Assembly (NCBI GenBank): GCA_964035545.1
Contig: OZ037770.1
Location: 2,884,662-2,948,661, forward strand
Source of the DNA: Bugula neritina
Taxonomy: Eukaryota; Animalia; Bryozoa
DNA: 64,000 nt
Direction of reading: 5' to 3'
In this document: positions 47,008 to 61,631 of the stretch, piece by piece
Layout of the letters: the number at the start of each line of letters is the position of its first letter
Numbering within the stretch: position 1 is the first letter of the stretch
Position numbers and translations under genes: made by a program
Notes under the pieces: generated by a model
Told to the model about the DNA's origin: nothing
Seen by the model: the letters and a program-made list of their open reading frames with translations, nothing else
Databases searched by the model: none

Positions 47008-47845
47008 GGTTACACATATTATAGTGTAGATATTACATGGTTACACATATTATAGTGTAGATATTACATGGTTACACATACTATAGTGTAGATATTACAT
47101 GGTTACACATATTATAGTATAGTTATTACATGGTTACACATATTATAGTGTAGTTATTACATGGTAACAGATATTATAGTGTAGTTATTACATGGTTACA
47201 CATACTATAGTGTAGATATTACATGGTTACACATATTATAGTGTAGATATTACATGGTTACATATATTATAGTGTAGTTATTACATGGTTACACATATTA
47301 TAGTGTAGATATTACATGGTTACACATAATATAGTGTAGTTATTACATGGTTACACATATTATAGTGTAGATATTACATGGTTACATATATTATAGTGTA
47401 GTTATTACATGGTTACACATATTATAGTGTAGATATTACATGGTTACACATAATATAGTGTAGTTATTACATGGTTACACATATTATAGTGTAGTTATTA
47501 CATGGTTACACATATTATAGTGTAGATATTACATGGTTACATATATTATAGTGTAGTTATTACATGGTTACACATATTATAGTGTAGATATTACATGGTT
47601 ACACATAATATAGTGTAGTTATTACATGGTTACACATATTATAGTGTAGTTATTACATGGTTACACATATTATAGTGTAGATATTACATGGTTACATATA
47701 TTATAGTGTAGTTATTACATGGTTACACATATTATAGTGTAGATATTACATGGTTACACATAATATAGTGTAGTTATTACATGGTTACACATATTATAGT
47801 GTAGTTATTACATGGTTATACATACTATAGTGTAGCTATTATATA
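47008..47845. repeat. 31-bp minisatellite (GGTTACACATATTATAGTGTAGWTATTACAT)n
   Basis: About 27 tandem copies beginning ~14 bp after the last recognisable REV1 donor. Confidence 0.96.
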
Positions 47846-48191
47846 TTTGCACTCATTAATTCCATACTTTTCAAAATCAGCCACTACTGCTGCTGCCACT
47901 ACCACTAGTAGTTTGACTGCTATAACTGCTGCTGCTGCTACTGAAACTGTTTTGTAAATATAATGATCTTATCATCTTGAATAAGATGTTAATATATGAT
48001 AATAATGATGTTGATATTCACAGAATTATTACACTGACCAACCAGAGTGGAGGAAGAATGGTTATGATAAGACTCACTGTGGCAGATTCCACCAATCAGA
48101 TTCACCGAGTAAACCTTCGAGAAATCCGGTAAGTTTTATTTTTATTTTACTACATACAGTAAAAGTAAGAGTTATCTCCTCCGTACTTTAG

Positions 48192-48298
48192 AGTATATAC
48201 ACTACAGAGCACCTGCTAGCACCTGAGAGTACCTGTATATATACACTACAGAGCACCTGCTAGCACCTGAGAGTACCTGTATATATACACTACAGAGC
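48192..48298. repeat. 43-bp tandem repeat containing CACCTGCTAGCACCTG
   Basis: About 2.5 copies. A related sequence lies at 32815-32890. Confidence 0.85.
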
Positions 48299-50706
48299 AT
48301 GACGATGATGATGTCATCATTAGATTAGTTGACTTCCTGTTTTGATTCGAAGGTTTCTTTTCAATTTCCATCTTCTTTCACAGATAGATAACTTATCTTG
48401 CTACAAACTTTCGATAGATTCAAGGCTACTTAAAATCTCAGCATCTCCTCTTCACATGACTTTATTCACCATTTATCAATAGTATTCAGTCAGTTCAGTG
48501 AATTGTTTTCATCAGTTACCTAGCAACCACGTTCTCTACTCTCTCACCTATAATCTAAGAATATAAAGTGTCAATCTATCTACAGAGAGCAGTGTTCTAG
48601 TATTTCTACTCACTCCACTCTGACTCATCCACATTAAATCCTTACACTAAATTAATTCTTGTGTAGTTTTATTCTAATCCCGCAGTGAATAAAGTTAGTC
48701 ATGTGACCAGTTGGAGAAGTTCAAGGTCAGGGAAGTAGAATGATGCTACTTTCACTTTGTGTTTACAGTTGACAGATGCTGCTGTGGAGAGAATGTGTAT
48801 ATCTGTAGACCCAGGAACCTACTCTATAACTGCTGGAGAGTGGGGTGGTGTTCACACCCAGACTCATTTAGTCAAACTTTCTGGTGGACAATCGGCTAAT
48901 CTTGATTTTTTCTAGAATTGTTTTTCAATGCATTTATTTTTAGTAGATCTATTTATCAGCCTCAATTCTTTCAAAATGATTTTAGTTCCTGTTTTTATCA
49001 TGTCACTCCGTATTTGATATATCAGTCATAGTGGATGAAATGTTTTATATATAATATATTGTATTGTCTCAGACGTTTAATATATAAGAATTTCCCAGAT
49101 TATTCATGTGATATCATACAGTACCAACAGTTCTTCAGATAGCATCCTCTTAATATAACAGTCACCATGTAAACCTAGAATTACCTGCTTAGACAATGCA
49201 AATACATGCTATAGGGTGGGACAACTTTTCGAAGGCAACCAATATTCATATTCCATATTTTGATGTTACATAACTCACCTAATTGTGGTTCTGGATATGA
49301 CTGCATAATATGATAGTAATATGTACAATACTAAAGCTGACTCCAGGCACCATGCATAGAAATCTAAAACCTGGAGGTGAATATTATTCTTACTCTTTTC
49401 TTTACTTAGTGATAAGGGGAAAAAAACTTCAAACTACCAGTTGCCTATACAGTATTATATTTAGCACAAAACTTGCCTAGCCAATAGCTGGTAGTTGTCT
49501 TTTCGTGATTGAAAGTCTAACAATTTAGTTGTAATATCAGAGTGAAGTTTCTCTTCTAACTTCCATTTTCATGTAGCTACCAGTTTCTAGAATACTCAAC
49601 TATAAAGTCTCTGTAATTCTAACTGTTAAATGATGTGCACATCTCTCAGTGACAGCTATGATCAGTTGATATCAACCTAGTCGGCTGGGTGGTTTTGATT
49701 ATAAACACTGATATACATGTAATCATTGCCAGCAGCATATTTGGAATAAACTGCAATATCAGTCATACACTTGCCAAGTAACTAACCTCATCTCTAACAA
49801 TTGACATTATTGGCATTTTTCCAACATCATAGAGTATGGAATATCATGGATATTAGATGCTGGTAGAGAATAGCTTTGAAGTCCCAGTGTCAACAGCGCT
49901 GTCACATTATAGATACAGCCTCCCAACAGGACACACCTGCTAGCACCTGCCACAAAAGTAAGTTATTTTTATTTTAAGTAAAGTTTCCAACACCTAATTT
50001 ATGAAATGTCACATATTATTAATAATTTTCAGAAAACAGCTTTTCGACTCTCAGGCTTGTTGTTAGACTTTTTTCTCATCTGGTTAGCTTTTTATGACTC
50101 GACCAGTGTATAGTGCAGAGATGCGGAAAATAAAAGTTAATTTGGCTGTACTCATTTGGTTAGATCATTTATTGTTGGTGATTATATTTACATACAGAAG
50201 TATCAATATATTTGTGCAAATCTTGTCACATATATACAGTTAGTAAGGAGCAGTAGTGAAGTTGAAATAGCCTAAGTTCTTAATTTTACTATTAAACTTT
50301 GATTTGTGGTGAGGGTTGATATTTTTGAGAGAACATAAATTCTTATGCCACATTTTTAAGCTAGAACACATGCTTTTCTCAATTTCTCTGTCACTCCATC
50401 TACCTCAGTCTATAGTACCTCAGTGTCTCCTCACTACAGCTATTATACTATATTCCCCCCAATATGAATCAAACTTTGTGTAATCAGAGGCTAATGTCTA
50501 TATTGTTTCCTTTAAAGGTACAGAATTAGAATTGAAAAAACTGGACTCTTCACCTGCTAAGAAATAACCTTGACACTGCAGGTTTGTAGGTATAATACAC
50601 ACTCTATACACGACTCAGTCTAAGACAGATACCAAAGTCTTACCTCACTATCTTTAGCCAGTGTTCAACACTGAACTGAATATTTTGAGTTCAGTAGTGT
50701 TTAACT

Positions 50707-51200
50707 ATATTCATCCCAGGTAGACATTTCCCACCTGGATCCTTCCAGCTTATGTACACTTCCCATGCAGTTAGACGCTATTTATTAAATTGGTACCATA
50801 ATGATGTGTACTTCTATATAACTGTGGCTTGATATAAATAGCTAATATTCTAATATGGTTATGATAGCTAATATAAAGTATATGGAATAATAGTCTACTT
50901 TTCAGTTTTCAAGGATTTGTTTGGGGCAAAAAACAATAGACGTTATTTTTAATGAACACTTTTTAACGAAATATTTCCTCAAACAACAAAAATTATAGAA
51001 TATGCAAAATTAATAAGTTAATGCAGATCACGGGAATTTACTCATGTGCTAAATAACAAACAATTGATCTGAGTTTATTTAAATATACATATATTGCCAT
51101 ATTACCATTCAAATAAATTGCACATAAAATATATATTAAATACCCAAATAAATAAATAGAGTCTAACTGGGAAGCGTCTATCTGCATGGGATGACACTGT
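50707..51200. mobile_element. Degenerate MITE-like element (TCATCCC...TAGACG termini); partial copy at ~2800-2935
   Basis: The reverse complement of 51100-51200 matches 2800-2935 and, more loosely, 50710-50800. Confidence 0.55.
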
Positions 51201-51224
51201 TTAACTAGTAGTAATAACAGTAAT

Positions 51225-52570
51225 TTTAGCAGTAGCAGCAGTAGTATAATATAGTAGTAGTATAGTATAATATAGTAGCAGTAGTATAATATAGTAGTAG
51301 TAGTAGTATAATATAGTAGTAGTAGTATAATATAGTAGTAGTAGTATAATATAGTAGTAGTATAATATAGTAGTATAGTATAATATAGTAGTAGTATAGT
51401 ATAATATAGTAGCAGTAGTATAATATAGTAGCAGTAGTATAATATAGTAGTAGTAGTATAATATAGTAGTAGTATAATATAGTAGTAGTGGTATAATATA
51501 GTAGTAGTAGTATAATATAGTAGTAGTATAATATAGTAGTAGTATAATATAGTAGTAGTATAATATAGTAGTAGTAGTATAATATAGTAGTAGTAGTATA
51601 ATATAGTAGTAGTATAGTATAATATAGTAGTAGTATAATATAGTAGTAGTATAATATAGTAGTAGTGGTATAATATAGTAGTAGTAGTATAATATAGTAG
51701 TAGTATAATATAGTAGTAGTAGTATAATATAGTAGTAGTATAATATAGTAGTAGTATAATATAGTAGCAGTAGTATAATATAGTAGTAGTAGTATAATAT
51801 AGTAGTAGTAGTATAATATAGTAGTAGTATAATATAGTAGTAGTGGTATAATATAGTAGTAGTATAATATAGTAGCAGTAGTATAATATAGTAGTAGTAT
51901 AATATAGTAGTAGTATAATATAGTAGTAGTATAATATAGTAGTAGTAGTAGTATAATATAGTAGTATAGTATAATATAGTAGTAGTAGTATAATATAGTA
52001 GTAGTAGTATAATATAGTAGTAGTAGTATAATATAGTAATAGTAGTATAATATAGTAGTAGTAGTATAATATAGTAGTAGTAGTATAATATAGTAGTAGT
52101 AGTATAATATAGCAGTAGTATAATATAGTAGTAGTAGTATAATATAGTAGTAGTAGTATAATATAGTAGTAGTAGTATAATATAGTAGTAGTGGTATAAT
52201 AAAGTAGTAGTATAGTATAATATAGTAGTAGTAGTATAATATAGTAGTAGTATAATATAGTAGTAGCAGTATAATATAGTAGTAGTAGTAGTATAATATA
52301 GTAGTAGTAGTATAATATAGTAGTAGTATAATATATTAGTAGTATAATATAGTAGTAGTAGTATAATATAGTAGTAGTAGTATAATATAGTAGTAGTAGT
52401 AGTATAATATAGTAGTAGTATAATATAGTAGTAGTATAATATAGTAGCAGTATAATATAGTAGTAGTAGTAGTATAATATAGTAGTAGTAGTATAATATA
52501 GTAGTAGTATAATATAGTAGCAGTAGTATAATATAGTAGCAGTAGTATAATATAGTAGCAGTAGTAGTTA
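51225..52570. repeat. Compound satellite [(AGT)n ATAATAT]n
   Basis: About 1.3 kb of variable-length units. It explains the spurious 471-aa Y/T/L/I ORF. Confidence 0.96.
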
Positions 52571-53755
52571 TAGCTGTGTCAGCATAGATGCTGAGTGGCA
52601 CAAATGCCAGACACAACTCAACCTTTTGCCTAAAGCCAACAGTTTATATTTCTCACAAAAACTTTAACAATTATTTGGGCAATGAGGTCTAAATTGCCTG
52701 CAACTTTAGCAAAAGCAAACTTTCCTCTTTCAGTTCTTGAGCTTTATTTATACTCTGACTCATCAAACAAAAGCTACCAGCAAAAAGCTATTGCTAAAGC
52801 TATCACAAAAAAGCTTTCATCATTCAATATTTTACTTTAATAGTCGTGGCAGCTGATTTTGTTATAATATAGGAATTTTTGATATATGAAAATACTTCCT
52901 TGAGTTTATACACTTTATAGACACTTTATCCAGCACTAATAGAAAAAGGTTTGAAATCACTTTATTCTTAATTCTTTAAATTCAACCGTTAGATGATAAA
53001 CTACTGGTTTAAAGAGCATGTTACAGTTACAGTTTATAATCACTATATACATTTGAATCTAAACATTGATTTATTGTTTAGACTCCTCCACAACAGAACT
53101 CACCTGCTACCACATGTCACCTGCCATCACTACCTGATAAACACATCTTCAGTTACCTGAGAAGTTTGGAAAGACTTGACAGAAAGGTTTTTGGGTTCCT
53201 GTGTTTTTCTACTTTCAATTAATCACTCAGCATATTTCATCATTTGTTATCTATGTTCATATAGGCACCAATGCTGAGAATTACTCAAACATTTGACCCT
53301 TTGAAATCTAAACCTGCTACCAACATCCCTTAGTGTTAGTTATCTTCACATAATATTTATGTTACTATAAGCACTGGTTTATCCAACTGTCTATCTCTTC
53401 TGTCAAACAAGCTTCTGTTTCACTTTGTTTCTCTTTTAAACAATCTCCAGGTCTAGTAGCCATTAACCTTTCTCTCAGTGACAGCTATGATCAGTTGATA
53501 TCAACCTAGTAGACTGGATGGTTTTGATTATAAACACTGATATACATGTAATCATTGCCAACAGGATATTTGGAATAAACTGTAATATCAATCATACACT
53601 TGCCAAGTAACTAACCTCATCTCTAACAATTGACATTATTGGCCTTTTTCCAAGAACTGTAAAAGGAAGTTTTAGTTAATTGGTAACAGCTCTGTGATCA
53701 GTTGATATCAACACATGGTAGACTCTATGGTTTTGTATTGTATGTCACAGTGTGT

Positions 53756-55450
53756 GTTATAGAAATAGTATACTAGGGAATTACTAGGTTATTATAGAAA
53801 TAGTATACTAGGGAATTACTAGGTTATTATAGAAATAGTATACTAGGGAATTACTAGGTTATTATAGAAATAGTATACTAGGGAATTACTAGGTTATTAT
53901 AGAAATAATATACTAGGGAACTACTAGGTTATTATAGAAGTAGTATACTAGGGAATTATTAGGTTATTATAGAAGTAGTATACTAGGGAATTACTAGGTT
54001 ATTATAGAAATAGTATACTAGGGAATTACTAGGTTATTATAGAAATAGTATACTAGGGAATTACTAGGTTATTATAGAAATAGTATACTAGGGAATTACT
54101 AGGTTATTATAGAAATAGTATACTAGGGAATTACTAGGTTATTATAGAAATAGTATACTAGGGAATTGCTAGGTTATTATAGAAATAGTATAATAATGAA
54201 TTACTAGGTTATTATAGAAATAGTATACTAGGGAATTACTAGGTTATTATAGAAATAGTATACTAGGGAATTACTAGGTTATTATAGAAATAGTATACTA
54301 GGGAATTACTAGGTTATTATAGAAATAGTATACTAGGGAATTACTAGGTTATTATAGAAATAGTATACTAGGGAATTACTAGGTTATTATAAAAATAGTA
54401 TACTAGGGAATTACTAGGTTATTATAAAAATAGTATACTAGGGAATTACTAGGTTATTATAGAAATAGTATACTAGGGAATTACTAGATTATTATAGAAA
54501 TAGTTTACTAGGGAATTACTAGGTTATTATAGAAATAGTATACTAGGGAATTACTAGGTTATTATAGAAATAGTATACTAGGGAATTACTAGGTTATTAT
54601 AGAAATAGTATACTAGGGAATTACTAGGTTATTATAGAAATAGTATACTAGGGAATTACTAGGTTATTATAGAAATAGTATACTAGGGAATTACTAGGTT
54701 ATTATAGAAATAGTATACTAGGGAATTACTAGGTTATTATAGAAATAGTATACTAGAGAGTTACTAGGTTATTATAGAAATAGTATACTAGGGAATTACT
54801 AGGTTATTATAGAAATAGTATACTAGGGAATTACTAGGTTATTATAAAAATAGTATACTAGGGAATTACTAGGTTATTATAAAAATAGTATACTAGGGAA
54901 TTACTAGGTTATTATAGAAATAGTATACTAGGGAATTACTAGGTTATTATAGAAATAGTTTACTAGGGAATTACTAGGTTATTATAGAAATAGTATACTA
55001 GGGAATTACTAGGTTATTATAGAAATAGTATACTAGGGAATTACTAGGTTATTATAGAAATAGTATACTAGGGAATTACTAGGTTATTATAGAAATAGTA
55101 TACTAGGGAATTACTAGGTTATTATAGAAATAGTATACTAGGGAATTACTAGGTTATTATAGAAATAGTTTACTAGGGAATTACTAGGTTATTATAGAAA
55201 TAGTATACTAGGGAATTACTAGGTTATTATAGAAATAGTATACTAGGGAATTACTAGGTTATTATAGAAATAGTATACTAGGGAATTACTAGGTTATTAT
55301 AGAAATAGTATACTAGGGAATTACTAGGTTATTATAGAAATAGTATACTAGGGAATTACTAGGTTATTATAGAAATAGTATACTAGGGAATTACTAGGTT
55401 ATTATAGAAATAGTATACTAGAGAATTACTAGGTTATTATAGAAATAATA
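53756..55450. repeat. 35-bp minisatellite (ATTATAGAAATAGTATACTAGGGAATTACTAGGTT)n
   Basis: About 48 highly homogeneous tandem copies with no spacers. Confidence 0.97.
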
Positions 55451-58400
55451 AACTATTAGGGAATTAAGTATAGAAACAGGTGAATGTAGTGGAAGACATG
55501 ACTCTACGACCCTCATTCTGCTATTAGTGTCTTATAACCTATTTATAGTGGCCATGAGATATACTATGAAGTGTGATTGTTACAGAGTCCACAACTCCCA
55601 ATTATTAAATGTCACTTTATTCATATAATTATAAATGACTATAAATACAAGTTAGGTTAGCTGCAGTACTCTATTAGCTAAAGGCAGCACTCGATATCAG
55701 TATGAAAGGTTTCTCTGACTATTGAGCTTCTCACAGTAGCTATGTTTTAGGAAGTTGGTTTTAGGGAAATTGATATATGCAGCGCAGAGTTGGGGGTCAA
55801 CGAGTGTAGTGTTTAAGGGTCTACAGCGTTTAGTCTAATATATGAGTTGGCTTTATATAATAGGCTAAATCAGTGTTGCAGCTCCTGCACAACCCTGTAT
55901 GACCATCTGAGACTGCTGTCGTGACCTCACACCTCGGTAAGCTAATAGCTGACCTCTGACTCACCAGATACGCTGCCGGTTAGAAGACTGAGCCGAGGAG
56001 ACACTGCAGGCAGCAACAAGAATAATCAAGGTAATTACTATCAACTTACAACATAATATATGCATACATGTATAACAGAGTGAATATATAGCAATTGACT
56101 GTACCATCATGTTAATTAAAATTGTACAATTGAGTTATAACAATTAACGACATCCTAATTCCTGCTATAACATAATTTACAATGTGTTTTTAAAATAACT
56201 GTGTGTAATTCTGCTGTTACTTCCAAGTCCCTACCAGAGAAGAGACACCTGCTAGCATTTGCCATCAGCCTGCCCTCAGCTTGCCCTCAGCCTGCCATTA
56301 GCCTGTCATTAGCCTGCCATCAGCACTTTACTATACGTAAGCTCTACCAGATAAATACTGGGACACAACACACCTGCTATCACCTGCCACAAAGTTGATC
56401 CTTCTTTAAGCTGACATACACAACCCTTCTGAACTACCTAGAAGTAAACTTCCCCTTTGTAAGTTCTTAATTATACCTTCTGTGTAACTCTGTCAACTAT
56501 TACTCCAACTTCTCCAGTCATTTGGCTCAGAAAGCAAAGATTGATAGTTTGGGGAGACTTGATTGATTGTATTATATCCACCATTATTTATATAAAAGCT
56601 ATATATGTGCTGCTGCCACATGTTTACTGTACAACCTATTTCTAGTTGAATATATCAACACTATAAGCTCTCATCTACATTTACATTCCTCTCAGTGGAT
56701 CATATGGAGACTCATATAAAGTATCAAGTTGTGCTTGATGTTTGTGACAATTTTTGGTTTTGGTTTCATTTTCTACAACTGTTTCCAAAGGTCAAATAAA
56801 GAATCCATTCCCCTGAGGCTACTAATGAAAATGCAGCTATTGTTGAATAATTAGTCATACTTTCCCATTTTTAACTGAAAACTTATATATACTGTGGATT
56901 TTGAAGACAGTTTCATATAATGTGCTTCTTCTGCATGGTAATTCCAGACACCACCCAAGTAAGAACACCTGCTAGCACTTGCCATTAGTACATTACCACA
57001 AAAACTTGCCTGCCACATCAGTAGCCAACCATAGACATGGTTTTCAACTACCTAAGAGCAAGTGTCTTATATCTTGAAATGAAAATATACTTAAAACAGA
57101 GATGTAGTCTCACAAATTTGCCTCCAATATTAATTCTTCTATTAAGAGATAATCATCTCTATTAAATATATATTTCACATATATTGAATGTATATAACCT
57201 ACATGTAACATATGTCATTTAAATGAACTAGTACCAGCTTAATTGTTTACTTTCAATAATTCATTTATATTTAAATCTAATTTTACAAGATAAACTAACG
57301 TACTGTTTCTATTTTTAGCGTACTGTTTCTATCTTTAGCGTTGGATATTGAAAAAAAACAACAATTTGTTCTGTAGGCAATATAACCACAACACAACTCA
57401 CCTGCTGCCACCTGCTACAAAGTTATTCACTACATGAGCTGACACACACAATCCTTGTTGACTAACACAAAGTAAGTTTATACTCTCTCTTGAAACTGAG
57501 AAGTTAAATGTTCGATACTTTGACTGTATTAACCAACAGCGTTTGATTAATCAATGCATAGAAAACTGCTAAAAGAATCCTTGACACACTTTACTTGTGC
57601 TGTATTAAAATATTCTTATATATATATTAGTTTTCATCTACATACTGTTTTAAGATTGTATGCCTAACATTTTGCTTGCGTGCAGTTGTAATTTTAATAT
57701 AATAGCAGTTGCTACAGTAGCAGCATGTCACATTTAGGTTTTATCATTATTTAGACAATATACCACAACATAACACACCTGCTATCACCTGTCACAAAGT
57801 TGGTCTCTACATGAGCTGCCATAGACCCACCTACCAAAAAGTAAGTTTCTATCTTTTAAAAGTTAATTTTATTACCTGATAATATTGCACCTATATTGTT
57901 AACGTTTTAAAGTTCACTGGGTAGCTGGCTTGGAACTTCATTTGCACTGATTGCAATAAGACTATGTTTGTAGTTAGAATTTTTACAACTTAACATACAT
58001 GTAAAATATGATACTTGGGATGAATTATAGTTGTAATTTACATAGCAGCTTATGTTATCTGGTAAGATAAAATAAAATTAATATCAAAGTTATCTTTAGA
58101 ATTAAACTAAAACATAAACTTTCTAAAGATTTCACTAATATATAATCATCAGATTTGCTTAGTGTAATATGTTATATTTGTATTGTGCTATCTATATTCA
58201 CTAAGTACAATCACTATTAGAGTCACTTTTATACTCACAACTCATGAAGAATAAAGACAATAACATGTTCTTTAGGCACTATCACAATATAGACTCTGCT
58301 CTTGCTACAAATTCCTCACATACACCACTGCCATCTAAACTGCACACACCTCTTCCAGCACCTCAAGGTAAGCTTGCTTTTTCTGAATAAAGTTGGTAAT

Positions 58401-60141
58401 AGCAAACGTTTAGAGTTTTGCTATTCATTTTGTCTTTTTTTGTATTACAGCACCACAATACACCTGCTATCACCTGTCACACTACCTGAGCTGATACTGG
58501 ATATCCTTCTCAAATATCTGTAATAAGTAGGTTTTCTATGCATTAAAAGTGAAGTTTTTAATGACATAAAATAATCCAAAGCCTTCAAAATTTCTAAGCA
58601 ATGTTGATTAGTTATAATTAGTTTCTTAACCAAAATACTGCAAAATCTCAGCATTATTTTATTCTTATTTATTATTTGTTCATTTAGACACTACCACAAC
58701 AGAACTCACCTGCTAGCACCTGTCACAAAGTTACTCACTGCCTAAAATAAACAGACCATCAATTACACAGAGGTAAGTTATCTCTTTTAAAACTGAAGTT
58801 TTCCTCTAATAATAATTTTCAAAATAATATAATGGTTATTATTTTATATTAAGATGAGTAAAGTATTTATCATGTTCATTTGCATTTATTTTATTATATT
58901 TACTAGTTCACTCAGTTGTCAATCAATTAAAATAAGTTTGGTGAATTTCAATCCAGTGAAGATGTTCGAAAATAATTTTAATGGACAAGTTATTTTATGT
59001 TTGAAAAAAAACATCTATAGAACTGATATTGACCTACTTTTTAACACCATTTTATGTCTTATTTGATACTTATCAGTAAATATAAATATTAGAGTTGAGT
59101 TGAAGAGGGCGTTACCAAAAATTAACTTTGTCTTCAAATTTTGCGGTGAAAATGAAATCTCTTACTTAACTTACCAGCGTTATTCAAAAATAAATTCACA
59201 CACTTGTCAACACCTGTCAAAAATCTGTAATATGCAGGTTTATTGAACAACTTTTCACTGATCGGTTTTTATTTTACCTAATATCAAATACAATACATTT
59301 CTATAGCTGTTTGACTAACATCTCACAATTTTAATTTAAATAAGACTAAATGCAAGCTTATGCTACTATTTGTAGACCACACCACTCAAGCAGAAGACAT
59401 CTGCTAGCGCCTATCATACACCCTTTTCTACAAAAGACTGCCTGTCACAGCCTCACCATACACATACTTGCTAAAGCAACAAGACACACCTGCTATCACC
59501 TGTCACACAGCCTCTCACTGCCAATAAAAAGTCACTATTTATACTTTCTAAAAGTAAGCTTCCGTTTCTTAAAAATATAACTTCTATGGTTAAAAAGTTT
59601 AAAATGCACGCAAATATTTCTAAAATCAATACCTTAGATTAGATAAACATATCCTCCATAATTGTAGTGTTTGTCAAGTGGAATATTTTGTTATCCGCAT
59701 GGCTAATCAATATTAAAATATTTTTATTATCACTTAATACTTTAGAAGTTAAACCTAGATATTAATTTATATTATTTCAGGTAATAATGGCACATGTAGT
59801 ATAATGGCACAAATGGAAAAGTTAGTAAAACTGGCGCACCCATATTTAATCTGTCCAACCCAAAACGCCAAAACTCTAACATTGAAAATCTGCCAATTTA
59901 TCCATGTTAACACCTATTTTACCATCACTATCTGTGCTATTACCACCTCTGGTATTTTTGCTGTTCAATTTTACTTGTGATATTGTTACCTGTGCCACTT
60001 TTGCCAGACACCTTTATCAGTTAATATAAATATTAGAGTTGAGATAAAGTGGGTGTTACCAGAGTTTAGACTTTGTATTAAAATTTTATGGTGACATGAG
60101 ATAAACTCTCATAGAGTTGATAGACATTATTCAGCTGCCAT

Positions 60142-60728
60142 CACACACCTGCCAACACCTGCCAGCACACACCGGCTAACACCTGCCAGCACACACCTGC
60201 TAACACCTCCCAGCACACACCTGCTAACACCTCCCAACACACACCTGCTAACACCTGCCAACACACACCTGCTAACACCTGCCAACACACACCTACTAAC
60301 ACCTGCCAACACACATCTTCTACCACCTGCCAATACACACTTGCTAACACCTGCCAAGACACACTTGCTAACACCTGCCAGCACACACCTGCTAACACCT
60401 CCCAACACACACCTGCTAACACCTGCCAACACACACCTGCTAACACCTGCCAACACACACCTACTAACACCTGCCAACACACATCTTCTACCACCTGCCA
60501 ATACATACTTGCTAACACCTGCCAACACACACCTGCTATCACCTACCAAAACATACATGTTAACACCTGCTAATATCTGCCAACACAACACTTTCCAACA
60601 CACACCTGCTAATACCTGCTAATACCTGCCAACACATACCTGCTAATACCTGCCAACACATACCTGCTAACACCTGCTAACACACACCTGCTAACACCTG
60701 CCAACACACACCTGCTAACACCTGCCAC
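60142..60728. repeat. 24-bp minisatellite (CACACACCTGCTAACACCTGCCAA)n
   Basis: About 24 copies. The unit is the paired-CACCTG core of the surrounding modules. Confidence 0.95.
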
Positions 60729-61396
60729 AAATGTTATCTCATATGTTCATACCTTCATCCTACACAACTATAATTCAAGTTATATGTTGTCAGCATATAT
60801 ATGCTATAACTTTATTAAAGCAACCGCATTGTTTATATTCAACTTGTTGGTATAGATTTAATTTTGCATGTGATTTTTAAATATGAGTTTGTTAGCTATT
60901 ATTTATAGTATTTTTGTGAAAATTACTGTATGTAATTCTACTGCTACTTTTAGGCACCACCCACATAGAGGACACCTGTTATCACCTGCCATCAGCACAT
61001 TGCTACAAGGTCCTGCCTGTCACAGCCTCACCATATATATACAGCACCACAATACACCTGCTATCTTCTGTCACACTACCATAGCTAATATTGGATATCC
61101 TCCTCAAATACCTGTAAGTAGGTTTTCTAAGTCAAGATTTTCATAATCAATACCTTCAAAAATTTCTCACCGAAGTTGAATATTTAATTAAAATGAAGCA
61201 TAGATTTATGAGGGTTTGTAGTGTTGAAATGTTTTACCCTTTAGAAAAAATTGAGTTGAAAAAGGTGACTCGCTACATTTGTTTTGAAGAAGCAATTTAA
61301 ACTGGCATACAGAATTTTCTAATTGTCCATTTGGGAATTGCCTTTTTTCGAAATAGGCGTTTTTCAATTGTCATTTGCGAAATGTCGTGTCACCTA

Positions 61397-61631
61397 GCCC
61401 CCTGTTCACACATAACAGCAAATATCCGCCATCTTTGTTAACATCGAGTACGATTCGGCGTCGATCAAGCAGGGCTTGATTCAAAATTAACTCCATTATG
61501 GTTGATCAAAACTCAACGTCATGTGTTGTGCCTTACAGCAATGTGTGAACGCCTGTTGACAAAATGTAACAGTGGCGCCATTTTGTTTGTTCTGGTACGG
61601 CGTACGGTGCGGCAATGTGTGAACAGGGGGT
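61397..61631. mobile_element. MITE with TIR CCCCCTGTTCACACAT; fragments also at ~13580-13600 and 13775-13865
   Basis: CCCCCTGTTCACACAT ... ATGTGTGAACAGGGGG. Internal similarity to the reverse complement of 13790-13865. Confidence 0.7.

Noticed and set aside
51201-52616. 471-aa Tyr/Thr/Leu ORF
   Set aside because: It is a stop-free reading of the (AGT)n-ATAATAT satellite with no protein features.
53756-55450. 35-bp repeat array resembling CRISPR in unit size (also the 31-bp array at 47008-47845)
   Set aside because: The repeats are head-to-tail with no unique spacers, no cas genes are present, and the context is eukaryotic.
60127-60622. ORFs VLAGVSRC / TPANTHLL
   Set aside because: They are readings of the 24-bp minisatellite, open in several frames on both strands, with no evidence of coding.
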